A DNA stretch of 64,000 nucleotides from a virus. Position numbers and translations under genes: made by a program. Of this stretch, positions 15,420 to 24,328 are shown piece after piece. A model generated the notes under the pieces. It was not told where the DNA came from. It worked only from the letters and a program-made list of their open reading frames with translations, and searched no databases. Location: IMG/VR virus record IMGVR_UViG_3300045988_180913; one strand, 5' to 3'. How positions within the stretch are numbered: the first letter of the stretch is position 1; each line of letters opens with the position of its first letter.

Positions 15420-17036
15420 ATGGCTAAAAATGCATATGTTGGTGTAGACAATAAGGCGCGTAAGGTAAAAAATATTTATGTTGGTGTGGATACCCAGGTT
15501 CCCATTTATGAAGAAAAACAAATTACTTTTAGTCGTGAAAACATAAATGAGTTTTTTACGGTGCAGAATAATTCAGCGTATCCGTTTGAGATAAACCCCA
15601 GCACGACCAATCAGGTTGGGTTTGTACCGGGAAACATTGGTGTAAATAGTTCTACGTCACAGATCATACTTACAGCAAACCAGGTAATTGTACTCAAAAA
15701 GATTTATGCTCAATATTATACGGAACAGAATTTTGACAAACTCAACATAACCGTTAAGGGAGAAGTTATACTTAGCAATGCTTCAGGTATAGACATATAT
15801 GACCAAACTGTAAATAAGACGTTAAATGTGGGCGATAATATAGTCATGAGTTACGTAAAAGACAGTACCACCCATCATAACCAAGAAACAATGACTAATA
15901 TTATTCTTACATGTAATCCTATTACAATTAAAACTATTACGGGTTATGAAACAAAACCAGTAGCTCGAAAGATAAAAAAGGCTTATGTTGGTGTGAATGG
16001 AAAAGCAAGATTATGTTATTCAGTGGACGAAGGATATAGCAAACTAAAAAAGATAGCTCAGTACAAGTTCAACGATCAACCTAATGATATAACGTATGTT
16101 CCAGGTGAAGACGGTTGCTATATTGGTACAAATGGTGGTCGTGTGTATAAGTTTAATAATAATGCACAAATAGTATGGCAAAAAAGTGTATTTGACGAAA
16201 TTGGCTATATAAAATCAATTAGACCATTTGATGCAGTTGATGGCCAAATTATGGTTGGAGGAGTAAAAGCTGTTACTGCAATTGAACATGATGGGTTTTA
16301 TAATGAATTTGTAAAAACTATTAATGATCAAGCGAAAGGAGTTTATATATCTAATCAAAGAGGTGAGGAACATAATCGCAATTTTATTTTATATGCTACA
16401 TCAGTAGCAGGTTATTATTCATACGTATATAGTGAAGATCAATCTTTGACTAATTATCTTGTTGAAAGAGGTTCATTGCTAAACGTAAAAGAAATAAAAT
16501 GTTGTGGCTCATTTTATGTTGATCGTGGTTTTAGTGCTAATGATAGCATTAGGCATCTTATAAGTTATTATGCACATACTGGTACAAGAGAGTTTAAATT
16601 ATTTAACTCAAGTGGTTCTTCCATTGGTAATGAGTTTGAATTGTCAGCACAGACAACTACACCAATTACAGCAATAGGCTCATTTGGGAAGAGTGGGATT
16701 AAGTTGTTAGTCGGATATGGAAATGGATTGTTAGAATGCCTCGATGTATCCACTATACCTTATTCCGTTGTTTGGAGAAATAGAATATCAGATCAAGGAG
16801 CAATAACATCAATTTCCGTAGGGGAAAGAATTACGATAGTATCATATAATTACGGAAAAATTAGGATATACGATACTAATACCATGAATGAGATTGAAAA
16901 TGATGGAGACTATGTGAAAAGAATTACAGCCATTTCTCAAGGTGATACTAATGATCATATTGTTTATGTAATAAATGGAACTGGAGGGAGTGGAGAAACA
17001 AGTAATTCATTATGTGTATTTGAATATCAAAATTAG
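15420..17036 (+). CDS. receptor-binding-type protein: AYVGV-repeat N-domain plus beta-propeller-like C-domain
   Basis: KNAYVGVDNKARKVKNIYVGVD and ARKIKKAYVGVNGKARL repeats. The C-terminal half has repeated beta-strand blades (YGKIRIYDTNT...). The first ~700 nt are visibly CpG- and GC-enriched. Confidence 0.55.
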   Translation: MAKNAYVGVDNKARKVKNIYVGVDTQVPIYEEKQITFSRENINEFFTVQNNSAYPFEINPSTTNQVGFVPGNIGVNSSTSQIILTANQVIVLKKIYAQYYTEQNFDKLNITVKGEVILSNASGIDIYDQTVNKTLNVGDNIVMSYVKDSTTHHNQETMTNIILTCNPITIKTITGYETKPVARKIKKAYVGVNGKARLCYSVDEGYSKLKKIAQYKFNDQPNDITYVPGEDGCYIGTNGGRVYKFNNNAQIVWQKSVFDEIGYIKSIRPFDAVDGQIMVGGVKAVTAIEHDGFYNEFVKTINDQAKGVYISNQRGEEHNRNFILYATSVAGYYSYVYSEDQSLTNYLVERGSLLNVKEIKCCGSFYVDRGFSANDSIRHLISYYAHTGTREFKLFNSSGSSIGNEFELSAQTTTPITAIGSFGKSGIKLLVGYGNGLLECLDVSTIPYSVVWRNRISDQGAITSISVGERITIVSYNYGKIRIYDTNTMNEIENDGDYVKRITAISQGDTNDHIVYVINGTGGSGETSNSLCVFEYQN

Positions 17037-17059
17037 TGAAAACTGACGAGGTGTGCAAA

Positions 17060-17206
17060 ATGAAAATTCTTAGTAAAATAGAAAATGCTAATGATATTCC
17101 AAGTAAAGAATTTGTTGATCAAAAGATAGTTGGTCTTACTGAGCAGGAATATGAACAACTTGAAAAAAAAAAAGGAGTACTCTATTGTATATATGAAGAG
17201 GAATAA
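17060..17206 (+). CDS. small fibre-associated protein (48 aa), contains an A11 run
   Basis: Paralogue of 15243. An A11 homopolymer lies at about 17164-17174, inside the ORF. Confidence 0.4.
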   Translation: MKILSKIENANDIPSKEFVDQKIVGLTEQEYEQLEKKKGVLYCIYEEE

Positions 17207-17209
17207 TAA

Positions 17210-17368
17210 ATGTTGTATTTAAATTTTAATAAAATAAAAGATTTAACATTAAATTCAAAAATGATTAAAAAAGCTTATTTAAATAATAAATTGGTATATA
17301 AGAAAATATACTATTTTAGTTTTGATAAAGATGAAGCAGGTTGGGATCAAGGTATTTGGTTTGTTTAG
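17210..17368 (+). CDS. small ORF (52 aa) resembling the AYVGV-repeat N-terminus
   Basis: MIKKAYLNNKLVYKK echoes KIKKAYVGVNGKARL in the 15420 protein. Possibly a gene remnant. Confidence 0.3.
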   Translation: MLYLNFNKIKDLTLNSKMIKKAYLNNKLVYKKIYYFSFDKDEAGWDQGIWFV

Positions 17369-17504
17369 TGTATAAATAGAATGTATGCAATAAGATATCT
17401 GGTAACACTTGAGATAAATAAAAGATATATTGAAATTAAAAACCTTAATAAAAATAATAAAATGATTAGAAAGTAAATCTAAGTCTTGTATGAGGTATGT
17501 AAAT

Positions 17505-18533
17505 ATGAGTAAAATTGATGACTTATTATATAAAAGATGTGGAGATCCCAAAAACACATATTATTCAGAGCAAGTAATAACTCAAAATGAATATTGTGGT
17601 GTTAAAAGATGGAATGATGCTGGTTATTTAGGTGAAGGTGTTGTTGTATGGACAACAGAAAATCATAAAGGCAATTCATCAGAACATGGATGCAAAACTC
17701 ATGATAGAATATTTGATGCTGCTCCAGGTGCAACTATTATAAATGCAAGTATATCTGCAATTTATAGTAATGAAGAAATTGAAAAGTTTGAAATAATTTA
17801 CCAACCATCTCATGATTCTAATGAAAGAATAAAGTATGAGCCTGAAGAATTTATAAAAAAATTTAAAATAAAGATTATTACAAGATCTATTGGTGGAGGA
17901 ATGTTTAGTGATCCAAAATCAAGTAAAATGGGAAGATTTTGGAAAGAAATGCAAGATAAGTATAATTTAATATTTTTTAACTCTTTTGGTAATAAAGGGA
18001 ATGAGAATAAAGATGAAACCGGTGATTTAGCTATTTATGTTCAAGCTTGTCATCTGGATAATAAAGGAAAACCTGTAAGAGATTATTATTCATCAACAGG
18101 AATTTCGGATCATAATTTTATTGATTTTAGAGGATGGGATTCGGGTACTTCTTTCTCTGCTCCTTATTTAGCAGGAAAAACTGCTTTATTAATTGAAAGA
18201 TATGGTGATTTAACACAAGAAGATGTCATTCAATATTGGAAAGATCATGTAGAAGATTTGGATGATGAAGGTTATGATAAATATACAGGTTTTGGGTTAC
18301 CAATTTTAGGTGATGTAAATGAAGAATATGACTTTCCAAGCAAAGAAGGAAATAAAGGTGAAGATGAAATGAAAAAGTTTAAAGATGTACCAGAAAATGC
18401 ATGGTATAAAGAAGCTATAGATTATGTTGTTGAAAAAGGATATATGAAAGGTGTTAGTGAGGATGAATTTAAACCTGATTCACCTTTAACAAGGGCACAA
18501 TTAGCACAAGTTTTATATAATTTAGAAAAATAA
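17505..18533 (+). CDS. subtilisin-like (S8) peptidase with C-terminal SLH domain
   Basis: His motif EHGCKTH, oxyanion SFGNKG, Ser motif GTSFSAPYLAGKTALL. The C-terminus FKDVPENAWYKEAIDYVVEKGYMKGVSEDEFKPDSPLTRAQLAQVLYNL is an SLH repeat. The canonical DTG Asp position reads WTTE. Confidence 0.75.
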   Translation: MSKIDDLLYKRCGDPKNTYYSEQVITQNEYCGVKRWNDAGYLGEGVVVWTTENHKGNSSEHGCKTHDRIFDAAPGATIINASISAIYSNEEIEKFEIIYQPSHDSNERIKYEPEEFIKKFKIKIITRSIGGGMFSDPKSSKMGRFWKEMQDKYNLIFFNSFGNKGNENKDETGDLAIYVQACHLDNKGKPVRDYYSSTGISDHNFIDFRGWDSGTSFSAPYLAGKTALLIERYGDLTQEDVIQYWKDHVEDLDDEGYDKYTGFGLPILGDVNEEYDFPSKEGNKGEDEMKKFKDVPENAWYKEAIDYVVEKGYMKGVSEDEFKPDSPLTRAQLAQVLYNLEK

Positions 18534-18542
18534 GGAGAAGAA

Positions 18543-19384
18543 ATGGCTGGCATTAATGAATTTTTAATTTTTGATGAGAACAACCAAAATACATTAAGTA
18601 ATGAATCATATTCGATTGATACACAAAGGCTTAATGGAGTAGGGGGGGCATAGCAAGATCTAATTTGTATAATAAAGCTATGAGGCAGGCTACAATGTTA
18701 AGTTTTACTTTAGGACAAATCATATCTGAAAATGACGGAAATGCTACAGAGAATGCACAAGAATTAAAAGAAAGCATTAAAAATAAAGTATTAAATTCAC
18801 AATATATAGGTGTGTCTAATGAAGTAAATAGTAAATTAAGTGTTAATAATGTAGATAAAGCATTAATTAAATTAAGTCAAAATAATGAAGAGGTAGCGGA
18901 CAATAGTTTACATATTATAACTATACAAGAGTGGAAGAGCTGGAGCATTACTGTAAATGAGTTAAAACAAAAATGGGAAAATGATGCTTATGATTTATCT
19001 AAAATCCCAACTGATAGAGGAAAAATATTTAATTTGATTTTTGATACAGAGGTAAGTTGTGATTTTAGATGTGGTGACGCTGGCTTTTTTCGTTTTTATG
19101 GATACGGAGAAAGTTCTAATACAAAAGAAAGTTTATACAGTGAATACAAATACCCAGATGATGGTGAAAATGGTGTAATAAATTTTAGCACAACAACAAT
19201 ATGGAATAATGCTGGAACAGCATTTGTGTTTTATAGTGAAACTTCTAATAATAGTAATATAATTGTTGATTATATTAGAAATAAAAATACAATAAAGAAA
19301 ATAACTTTTAATAGCAACAGTGCAGGTCGTACAACCAAACCAACAAAAATTAGAACAAGAGTAAGAGCTGTAGTTGTTGAGTGA
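18543..19384 (+). CDS. tail fibre paralogue 1, frame-interrupted at a G7 tract
   Basis: MAGINEFLIFDENNQNTLSNESYSIDTQRLNGVGGA* stops at 18651. With G8 it reads ...NGVGGGIARSNLYNKAMRQAT and joins ORF 18665..19384, matching paralogues 19404 and 20945. Confidence 0.7.
18642..18648 (+). repeat. G7 homopolymer inside fibre gene
   Basis: AGGGGGGGCA. One extra G restores the frame. Confidence 0.95.
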
Positions 19385-19403
19385 ATAAAGGGAGGTGATA
19401 ATT

Positions 19404-19937
19404 TTGCCAGGTATTAATGAGTTTCTTGTTTTTAATGAAAATAAAAATAATACTTTAGAAAATGAAACTTATTCAACAGATAAGCAAAGAATTGACGGAT
19501 TACAAGCAGGTGTAGCAAGATCAAATTTGCAAAATAAGTTTCAAAGAAATGTTTCAGTGATGACAGCAACTTTTGGTAAAATAATTGCAGATAGAGGTAT
19601 GAATGCAATAGAAGAAGTTGATGAATTAGAGGAAGCATTAAAATCTACTTTTGGAAATGCAGGTGGATGGAATGTAACTTTAATTAATTTTAATGTTAGT
19701 GATTGGATTGTAGATGATACATTAAAAAAGTATGTTTGTACAAAAACAATAAATGGTATTACTTCTGATGAAGAAGAGCAATTAATTATAACAATTCCAA
19801 AGATTGAGACTATGGATTTATTTATGAAGTTTGGAATAACAAGCTATAGTCAATCAGTAAATACATTAAAATTTAAATGCAAAAGAAAACCAAATAAATT
19901 AGTAAAATGCTATATAGCATATTGTTATTTAAAGTGA
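19404..19937 (+). CDS. tail fibre paralogue 2 (short)
   Basis: GGGAGGTGA RBS, then TTG 19404. PGINEFLVFNENKNNTLENETYSTDKQRIDGLQAGVARSNLQNKF is the shared N-domain. Confidence 0.65.
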   Translation: MPGINEFLVFNENKNNTLENETYSTDKQRIDGLQAGVARSNLQNKFQRNVSVMTATFGKIIADRGMNAIEEVDELEEALKSTFGNAGGWNVTLINFNVSDWIVDDTLKKYVCTKTINGITSDEEEQLIITIPKIETMDLFMKFGITSYSQSVNTLKFKCKRKPNKLVKCYIAYCYLK

Positions 19938-19947
19938 GGTAAATAAG

Positions 19948-20531
19948 ATGTTATTAAATCCATTAGGTATGTACTCCTCAGGTGGTACAATTGAGGGGGG
20001 GCTCTGGAGGAGCTAAAGAACTTTAAAGAAATAAATACCAAATTAGATATTGATAGTTTTACAGAGCCTTCAAATATAAAAAATGTAAAAATGACAGATG
20101 TATTAGATATACAAGGCTCTGGAACATTATTTGCTTGCTTCTCTAATGGTCAAACAAGCACTGAATATCATGACCATGTTATAATTAAAATTACAATTGA
20201 TAATGAAGTTGTGTTATATTCTTGTACTTTGTTCTACAATGGTTTTGCTTATAATCAAGGGGTAGGAGTAACCTTTGCAAATAGCAATAATTTTTTAAAG
20301 ATATATAGTGTTGATAATGTAGGGTCAAGTGCTGGAAATAGAATAGAATGGGATCCAATTGATGAATGGGATAAAAGTTGTACAAAAGATGTGCAAGAAT
20401 ATAGCATATATGTAACTGATATTCCTATAGCATTTAATGATTCAATAAAAATACAAACTTATTCATTTTGCCAAAGTGAACCAAAAAATAAAAAATATAA
20501 TGTTTATGTAAGATATAAATTGGATGAATAA
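19948..20531 (+). CDS. fibre-module protein, frame-interrupted at a G7 tract
   Basis: GTGAGGT RBS plus ATG 19948 gives MLLNPLGMYSSGGTIEGGLWRS*. With G8 it reads ...IEGGGALEELKNFKEINTKLD... and runs into ORF 20091..20531, whose own ATG has no RBS. Confidence 0.6.
19995..20001 (+). repeat. G7 homopolymer inside fibre-module gene
   Basis: GAGGGGGGGCT. One extra G restores the frame. Confidence 0.95.
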
Positions 20532-20547
20532 ATTGGGAGGAAGCAAA

Positions 20548-20742
20548 ATGAATATAGTGAATCAATATGAAAAAGATGGGTATATTTTTATTGAGTATGA
20601 TAATGGTACAATTGTAAAAGAGATAAAGCAAATAAAAAATAATGATAAGGTTATATTACCTTTGTCAGAATCTGAAGTTGCAATACTTGATACCTCTGTA
20701 AATGTAGAGTATCTTGTTTGCCTTTCAGATTTGAATATATAA
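20548..20742 (+). CDS. hypothetical small protein (fibre module)
   Basis: GGGAGG RBS before ATG 20548. Confidence 0.5.
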   Translation: MNIVNQYEKDGYIFIEYDNGTIVKEIKQIKNNDKVILPLSESEVAILDTSVNVEYLVCLSDLNI

Positions 20743-20771
20743 AACTATCTATTTTTAAGGAGGTATTTATT

Positions 20772-20921
20772 ATGACGTATGAAAGATGTAAGAAATTAAT
20801 TCAGACTGGTAATTATGAGCAGGAAGATATGTTAAAGAAACTTGATGTATTTCTTTTAGCTGACAGAATTACAACTGAGCAATACAATGAGCTTACAGGC
20901 ATGATGCAAAAGAAAGAATAA
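20772..20921 (+). CDS. XkdX-like small protein
   Basis: AAGGAGG RBS. MTYERCKKLIQTGNY...LLADRITTEQYNELTG resembles the XkdX family found after PBSX-type fibres. Confidence 0.45.
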   Translation: MTYERCKKLIQTGNYEQEDMLKKLDVFLLADRITTEQYNELTGMMQKKE

Positions 20922-20944
20922 ATTCTCTTATATGGGAGGGAAAC

Positions 20945-22741
20945 ATGGCTGGGATAAATGAGTTTATGATATTTGATGAAAATAATCAAAATTCAATGAC
21001 AAATGAAACTTATAGTACAGATGAACAAAGATTAAATGGTGTAGCTTCAGGTATAGCAAGAAGCTCTCTTTATAATAAAGCATTAAGACAAGCAACAAAA
21101 ATGTCAAAAGAACTTGGATTATTTTTGTCACAAAAAGGTAATGATGTAACAGAAGATAGTGATATTGCAGGAATGCTTCAGGAGGCAATATCAAAAGACG
21201 GACTTGGTCTTAGTGAGTATTTGTATATGACAGATGCAGGAATAAGATCAAAAGATGACTGGAATTATGTGAGTGAGTGCAACCCAGGATATGCTTTTTT
21301 TGATTCATCTAATTATTTTATTTTTAATGGCTCAACTAATTCAGAAATTTCAAAAAAAGCTACCACAGTTATTTCAAATAAATCAAATATTATTTGTGCT
21401 AAGATTTTTAGTAAGCTTACAGAAAAATATATGATTATTTCAAGTAGTGATGGTGGTAAGACTTGGGTTAAAAGAATTGAAAGTGATGATCCTATGATGC
21501 TTTTGTATGATGAAAGAAAAGATTATTTTTATGCAATAACATCAGAATCAACACATAGAAAATCAACAAATGGAACAAATTGGAAAACTGCTGCATCTTC
21601 ACCAAGTTATTCAAAAGATCCATCAAGAGCAAAATATATACAATATTGTTATGCAGCAAATAATGTTGTTATATACACATGTAGTATTGCTTCTAATGGA
21701 ATAAATGAAACATATATTTCTTTAGATGGCGGAAATAGCTTTGAAAGTGGTACAATAGGAAGTGATTTTATTGGTGGTTTTAGATTAAGAGATGGCTATT
21801 TTTATAGCAATACAAATAATAAATGGTATAAATATCACAGTTTGTCAAATGATAATAATTTAATTAGTGGTGAAACTACAACTATATATGTTTCAGGTGC
21901 AGGTCAAAATCCAAAAAATGCATCTTGGACAAGTATAAATATTGACACAGAAGTGAAACAGCCTATTGCATTCTTTTTTGATATAAAAAAGCATAATTCT
22001 TCAGAAAATGTTGTTGGTTGCATTGGCCTCAATGGGTATGTGTACATAATTAGCTCCAATAATAGCTTTCAAAGAAAAACATTCTCTTATGTAAATACTC
22101 ATGGTGAAGGCATTGCTGGTACGAAAATGATTCTTTATAGAGATAGTGGTATGACAACACGTGAAGTTCCTTATGTAATAAGAGATGGAAATAATGAGTA
22201 TATTTCATTTGGAAATAATTTATATTATTTTTCTTCGAATACAATATATCAAGTAGGTAATAGTGGGTCAGGTGAAGAGTTTGACCAAATACCATATGAG
22301 TCAATAAATCCATATTATGCAGTAGCATTCTATTTTAATTATAAAGTATTATTAGAAAATAAAATGAGATGTATGTTTTATGGTTCAATTTTTGAAAAAG
22401 GCACGTATCAAAAGTATGCAATGAGAACTACAAGTAATGATAAAAAGTTATCACTTGGTAAAATGTTTATATTTGAGGAATTTTATGTATCATTAAGTAG
22501 TTATGATGCAACAATTGCTTGTAATGGAGCACCAATAATTGGTTTGGTGTCATCAATAAATGATACTTATGGCAAACCACGTTTGTATACTAAAGGTAAC
22601 TTAAGGAAAGTTGAAACAGGTAGTAACATTCAACCAAGTAATCATTATATGTTTTCAGAGAACAAAATAATGAGAATTGTAAATGCTAACATGTATGAAG
22701 AAGAAAATGCAACTTTTTCTTTAATAGAAATCATGTCATAA
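20945..22741 (+). CDS. tail fibre paralogue 3 (long; beta-propeller/sialidase-like repeats)
   Basis: The shared N-domain is MAGINEFMIFDENNQNSMTNETYSTDEQRLNGVASGIARSSLYNKALRQAT. The body carries S.DGG.TW-type motifs (SSDGGKTWVK, SLDGGNSFES), like BNR/Asp-box repeats. Confidence 0.65.
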   Translation: MAGINEFMIFDENNQNSMTNETYSTDEQRLNGVASGIARSSLYNKALRQATKMSKELGLFLSQKGNDVTEDSDIAGMLQEAISKDGLGLSEYLYMTDAGIRSKDDWNYVSECNPGYAFFDSSNYFIFNGSTNSEISKKATTVISNKSNIICAKIFSKLTEKYMIISSSDGGKTWVKRIESDDPMMLLYDERKDYFYAITSESTHRKSTNGTNWKTAASSPSYSKDPSRAKYIQYCYAANNVVIYTCSIASNGINETYISLDGGNSFESGTIGSDFIGGFRLRDGYFYSNTNNKWYKYHSLSNDNNLISGETTTIYVSGAGQNPKNASWTSINIDTEVKQPIAFFFDIKKHNSSENVVGCIGLNGYVYIISSNNSFQRKTFSYVNTHGEGIAGTKMILYRDSGMTTREVPYVIRDGNNEYISFGNNLYYFSSNTIYQVGNSGSGEEFDQIPYESINPYYAVAFYFNYKVLLENKMRCMFYGSIFEKGTYQKYAMRTTSNDKKLSLGKMFIFEEFYVSLSSYDATIACNGAPIIGLVSSINDTYGKPRLYTKGNLRKVETGSNIQPSNHYMFSENKIMRIVNANMYEEENATFSLIEIMS

Positions 22742-22768
22742 ACAAATAAGAAAATAGGATGTGTAAAT

Positions 22769-23131
22769 ATGTATATAATAAATAAAATTAATATGTCACT
22801 TCAAACCTGGAGTTATGATTATGTTCCGGAAAATTATATGATTTTTCCAAATAAGTTTTTGGAAGTATACTTCATGAGTGGAAAGAAATTTTCTGGCATT
22901 GTAAAACTTACATATAATGAAGATGAAACAGAGATAATAGATGTAAAATGGGATGAAGAAAGATATCAAAAGTTGCTTGAAAGTTATGTTGAGGAAGAGG
23001 ATGATTTAAAAACTTTTGATGATATAGTAAAAGAAAATGCATTGTTAAAAGCTCAAGTGGAAGCATTAAGCCAAAATCAGGAGTTTCTTGAAGATTGCTT
23101 AATTGAAGTTGGTCAAGTTATTTATGCTTAA
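22769..23131 (+). CDS. fibre-associated coiled-coil protein (XkdW-like position)
   Basis: 120-aa ORF. The C-terminus LKAQVEALSQNQEFLEDCLIEVGQVIYA is typical of small post-fibre proteins. Confidence 0.45.
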   Translation: MYIINKINMSLQTWSYDYVPENYMIFPNKFLEVYFMSGKKFSGIVKLTYNEDETEIIDVKWDEERYQKLLESYVEEEDDLKTFDDIVKENALLKAQVEALSQNQEFLEDCLIEVGQVIYA

Positions 23132-23158
23132 TATGATAAAAGAAAAGAGGTAATTAAA

Positions 23159-23290
23159 ATGATGGCAATGTTATTTGCAACAAAAGTTATTCTTGGTAAA
23201 ATTAGTTATAGTGAAGTGCCAAATAAGTTAAGAGATCAAGTTGATGCTATTTTAATTGAGAATGGTGTATCTGATTTAATAGAGAGGTGA
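23159..23290 (+). CDS. XkdX-like small protein (43 aa)
   Basis: AAGAGGT RBS. Sequence MMAMLFATKVILGKISYSEVPNKLRDQVDAILIENGVSDLIER. Confidence 0.4.
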   Translation: MMAMLFATKVILGKISYSEVPNKLRDQVDAILIENGVSDLIER

Positions 23291-23297
23291 TTAAATT

Positions 23298-23516
23298 ATG
23301 ATGAAAGAAATTGCTAATAGAAATATTTTTGTTAAGAATGCAGAAGAAATTAGAGACATTTGTGCCAAGCAATATGTAGATATTGGTGTAGCTCTTGATA
23401 TGTATATTGCAAATAACAAGATAGAAAGAAATGAAGAAATAATGAAACAATATCAAGAATTTAGAGAGTTATGTAGAAAGCATGCTTTAAATGATATTGT
23501 TGAAATGTTAAGATAA
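23298..23516 (+). CDS. hypothetical protein
   Basis: 72-aa ORF with a GAGAGGTGA RBS. Confidence 0.55.
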   Translation: MMKEIANRNIFVKNAEEIRDICAKQYVDIGVALDMYIANNKIERNEEIMKQYQEFRELCRKHALNDIVEMLR

Positions 23517-23530
23517 AAATAAGTTAAATA

Positions 23531-23566
23531 AAAGTACCCTGTAACAAATTATTGGGTACTTTTTTA
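23531..23566 (+). terminator. rho-independent terminator
   Basis: AAAGTACCC (23531-39) / GGGTACTTT (23554-62), followed by a T-tract. Confidence 0.75.
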
Positions 23567-23613
23567 ATATTTTATATTATCATAGTTGCAAAGAATAAAA
23601 GAGGTGTGAAATT

Positions 23614-23859
23614 ATGGATAATTTAAAAGTGTCAAAGGAAACATTAGTAAGAACAATAGTCTTAATAATTGCTTTAATTAATTCAATTTTGACAATGTGT
23701 AATATTAATCCGCTACCATTTAGTGATGAACAAATATATCAAGGTGTTTCCGCAATTGTAGCAGTTATTGCAACATTATGGGCATGGTGGAAAAATAATA
23801 GTTTTACAAAAGAAGCTATTGAAGCTGATGAATATAAGAAAAAAATAAAAGAAAAATAA
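23614..23859 (+). CDS. holin (SPP1/phi-LC3-type)
   Basis: AAGAGGTG RBS. Two TM segments (TIVLIIALINSILTM and VSAIVAVIATLWAWWKNNSFTKEA) and a charged C-terminus. Confidence 0.8.
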   Translation: MDNLKVSKETLVRTIVLIIALINSILTMCNINPLPFSDEQIYQGVSAIVAVIATLWAWWKNNSFTKEAIEADEYKKKIKEK

Positions 23860-23868
23860 AAAAATCTA

Positions 23869-23897
23869 TTTACAAACACTCTACATTGTGTTAGAAT
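23869..23897 (+). promoter_or_regulatory. sigma-A-type promoter (family copy P5)
   Basis: TTTACA (23869-74), 17 nt, TGT-TAGAAT (23889-97). The 47 nt at 23861-23907 are identical to 26601-26647. Confidence 0.75.
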
Positions 23898-23961
23898 ATA
23901 AATATAAAGGAAAAGGAAAAATTAGGAAATAAACTTAGGTAAATAAAAAAATAGGAGGTTT

Positions 23962-24252
23962 ATGATGTATATTAATTTTGAAGATAGAAATTACATAGCT
24001 TATGAGGAAAATGGAGCATTAATTATTTGTTTTGGTGATTTAAGAATATGTAAAAGATATTTAAAGTTTTTAACTGAAAAGAAGGAAACATTTTCTAATA
24101 TAGTAAGAATAGATGGTAGAGCTACTTTTGCTACAAATTGTAAAATTATGAGACACGTTAAGAAAAATAATATCTCAAAGTGCATTATATTAGTTGGTGG
24201 AAAGAGAAGATATATAGCAGAAGGAACAAGAAATTTAGTTTGCTGGAATTAG
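23962..24252 (+). CDS. hypothetical protein
   Basis: AGGAGGT RBS. First ORF after P5. Confidence 0.55.
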   Translation: MMYINFEDRNYIAYEENGALIICFGDLRICKRYLKFLTEKKETFSNIVRIDGRATFATNCKIMRHVKKNNISKCIILVGGKRRYIAEGTRNLVCWN

Positions 24253-24328
24253 TGAAGCAATTGATGAATGTAAAAATATTTGATATATTATTTAAATAGC
24301 TATAAAAAATGAATGGGAGAAGAAATAA

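Noticed and set aside
18543-21100. Diversity-generating retroelement (template/variable repeat) as an explanation for the repeated fibre sequences
   Set aside because: The similarity lies in the conserved N-terminal anchor, not in a C-terminal variable region. It is not adenine-specific, and no reverse transcriptase is present in the window.
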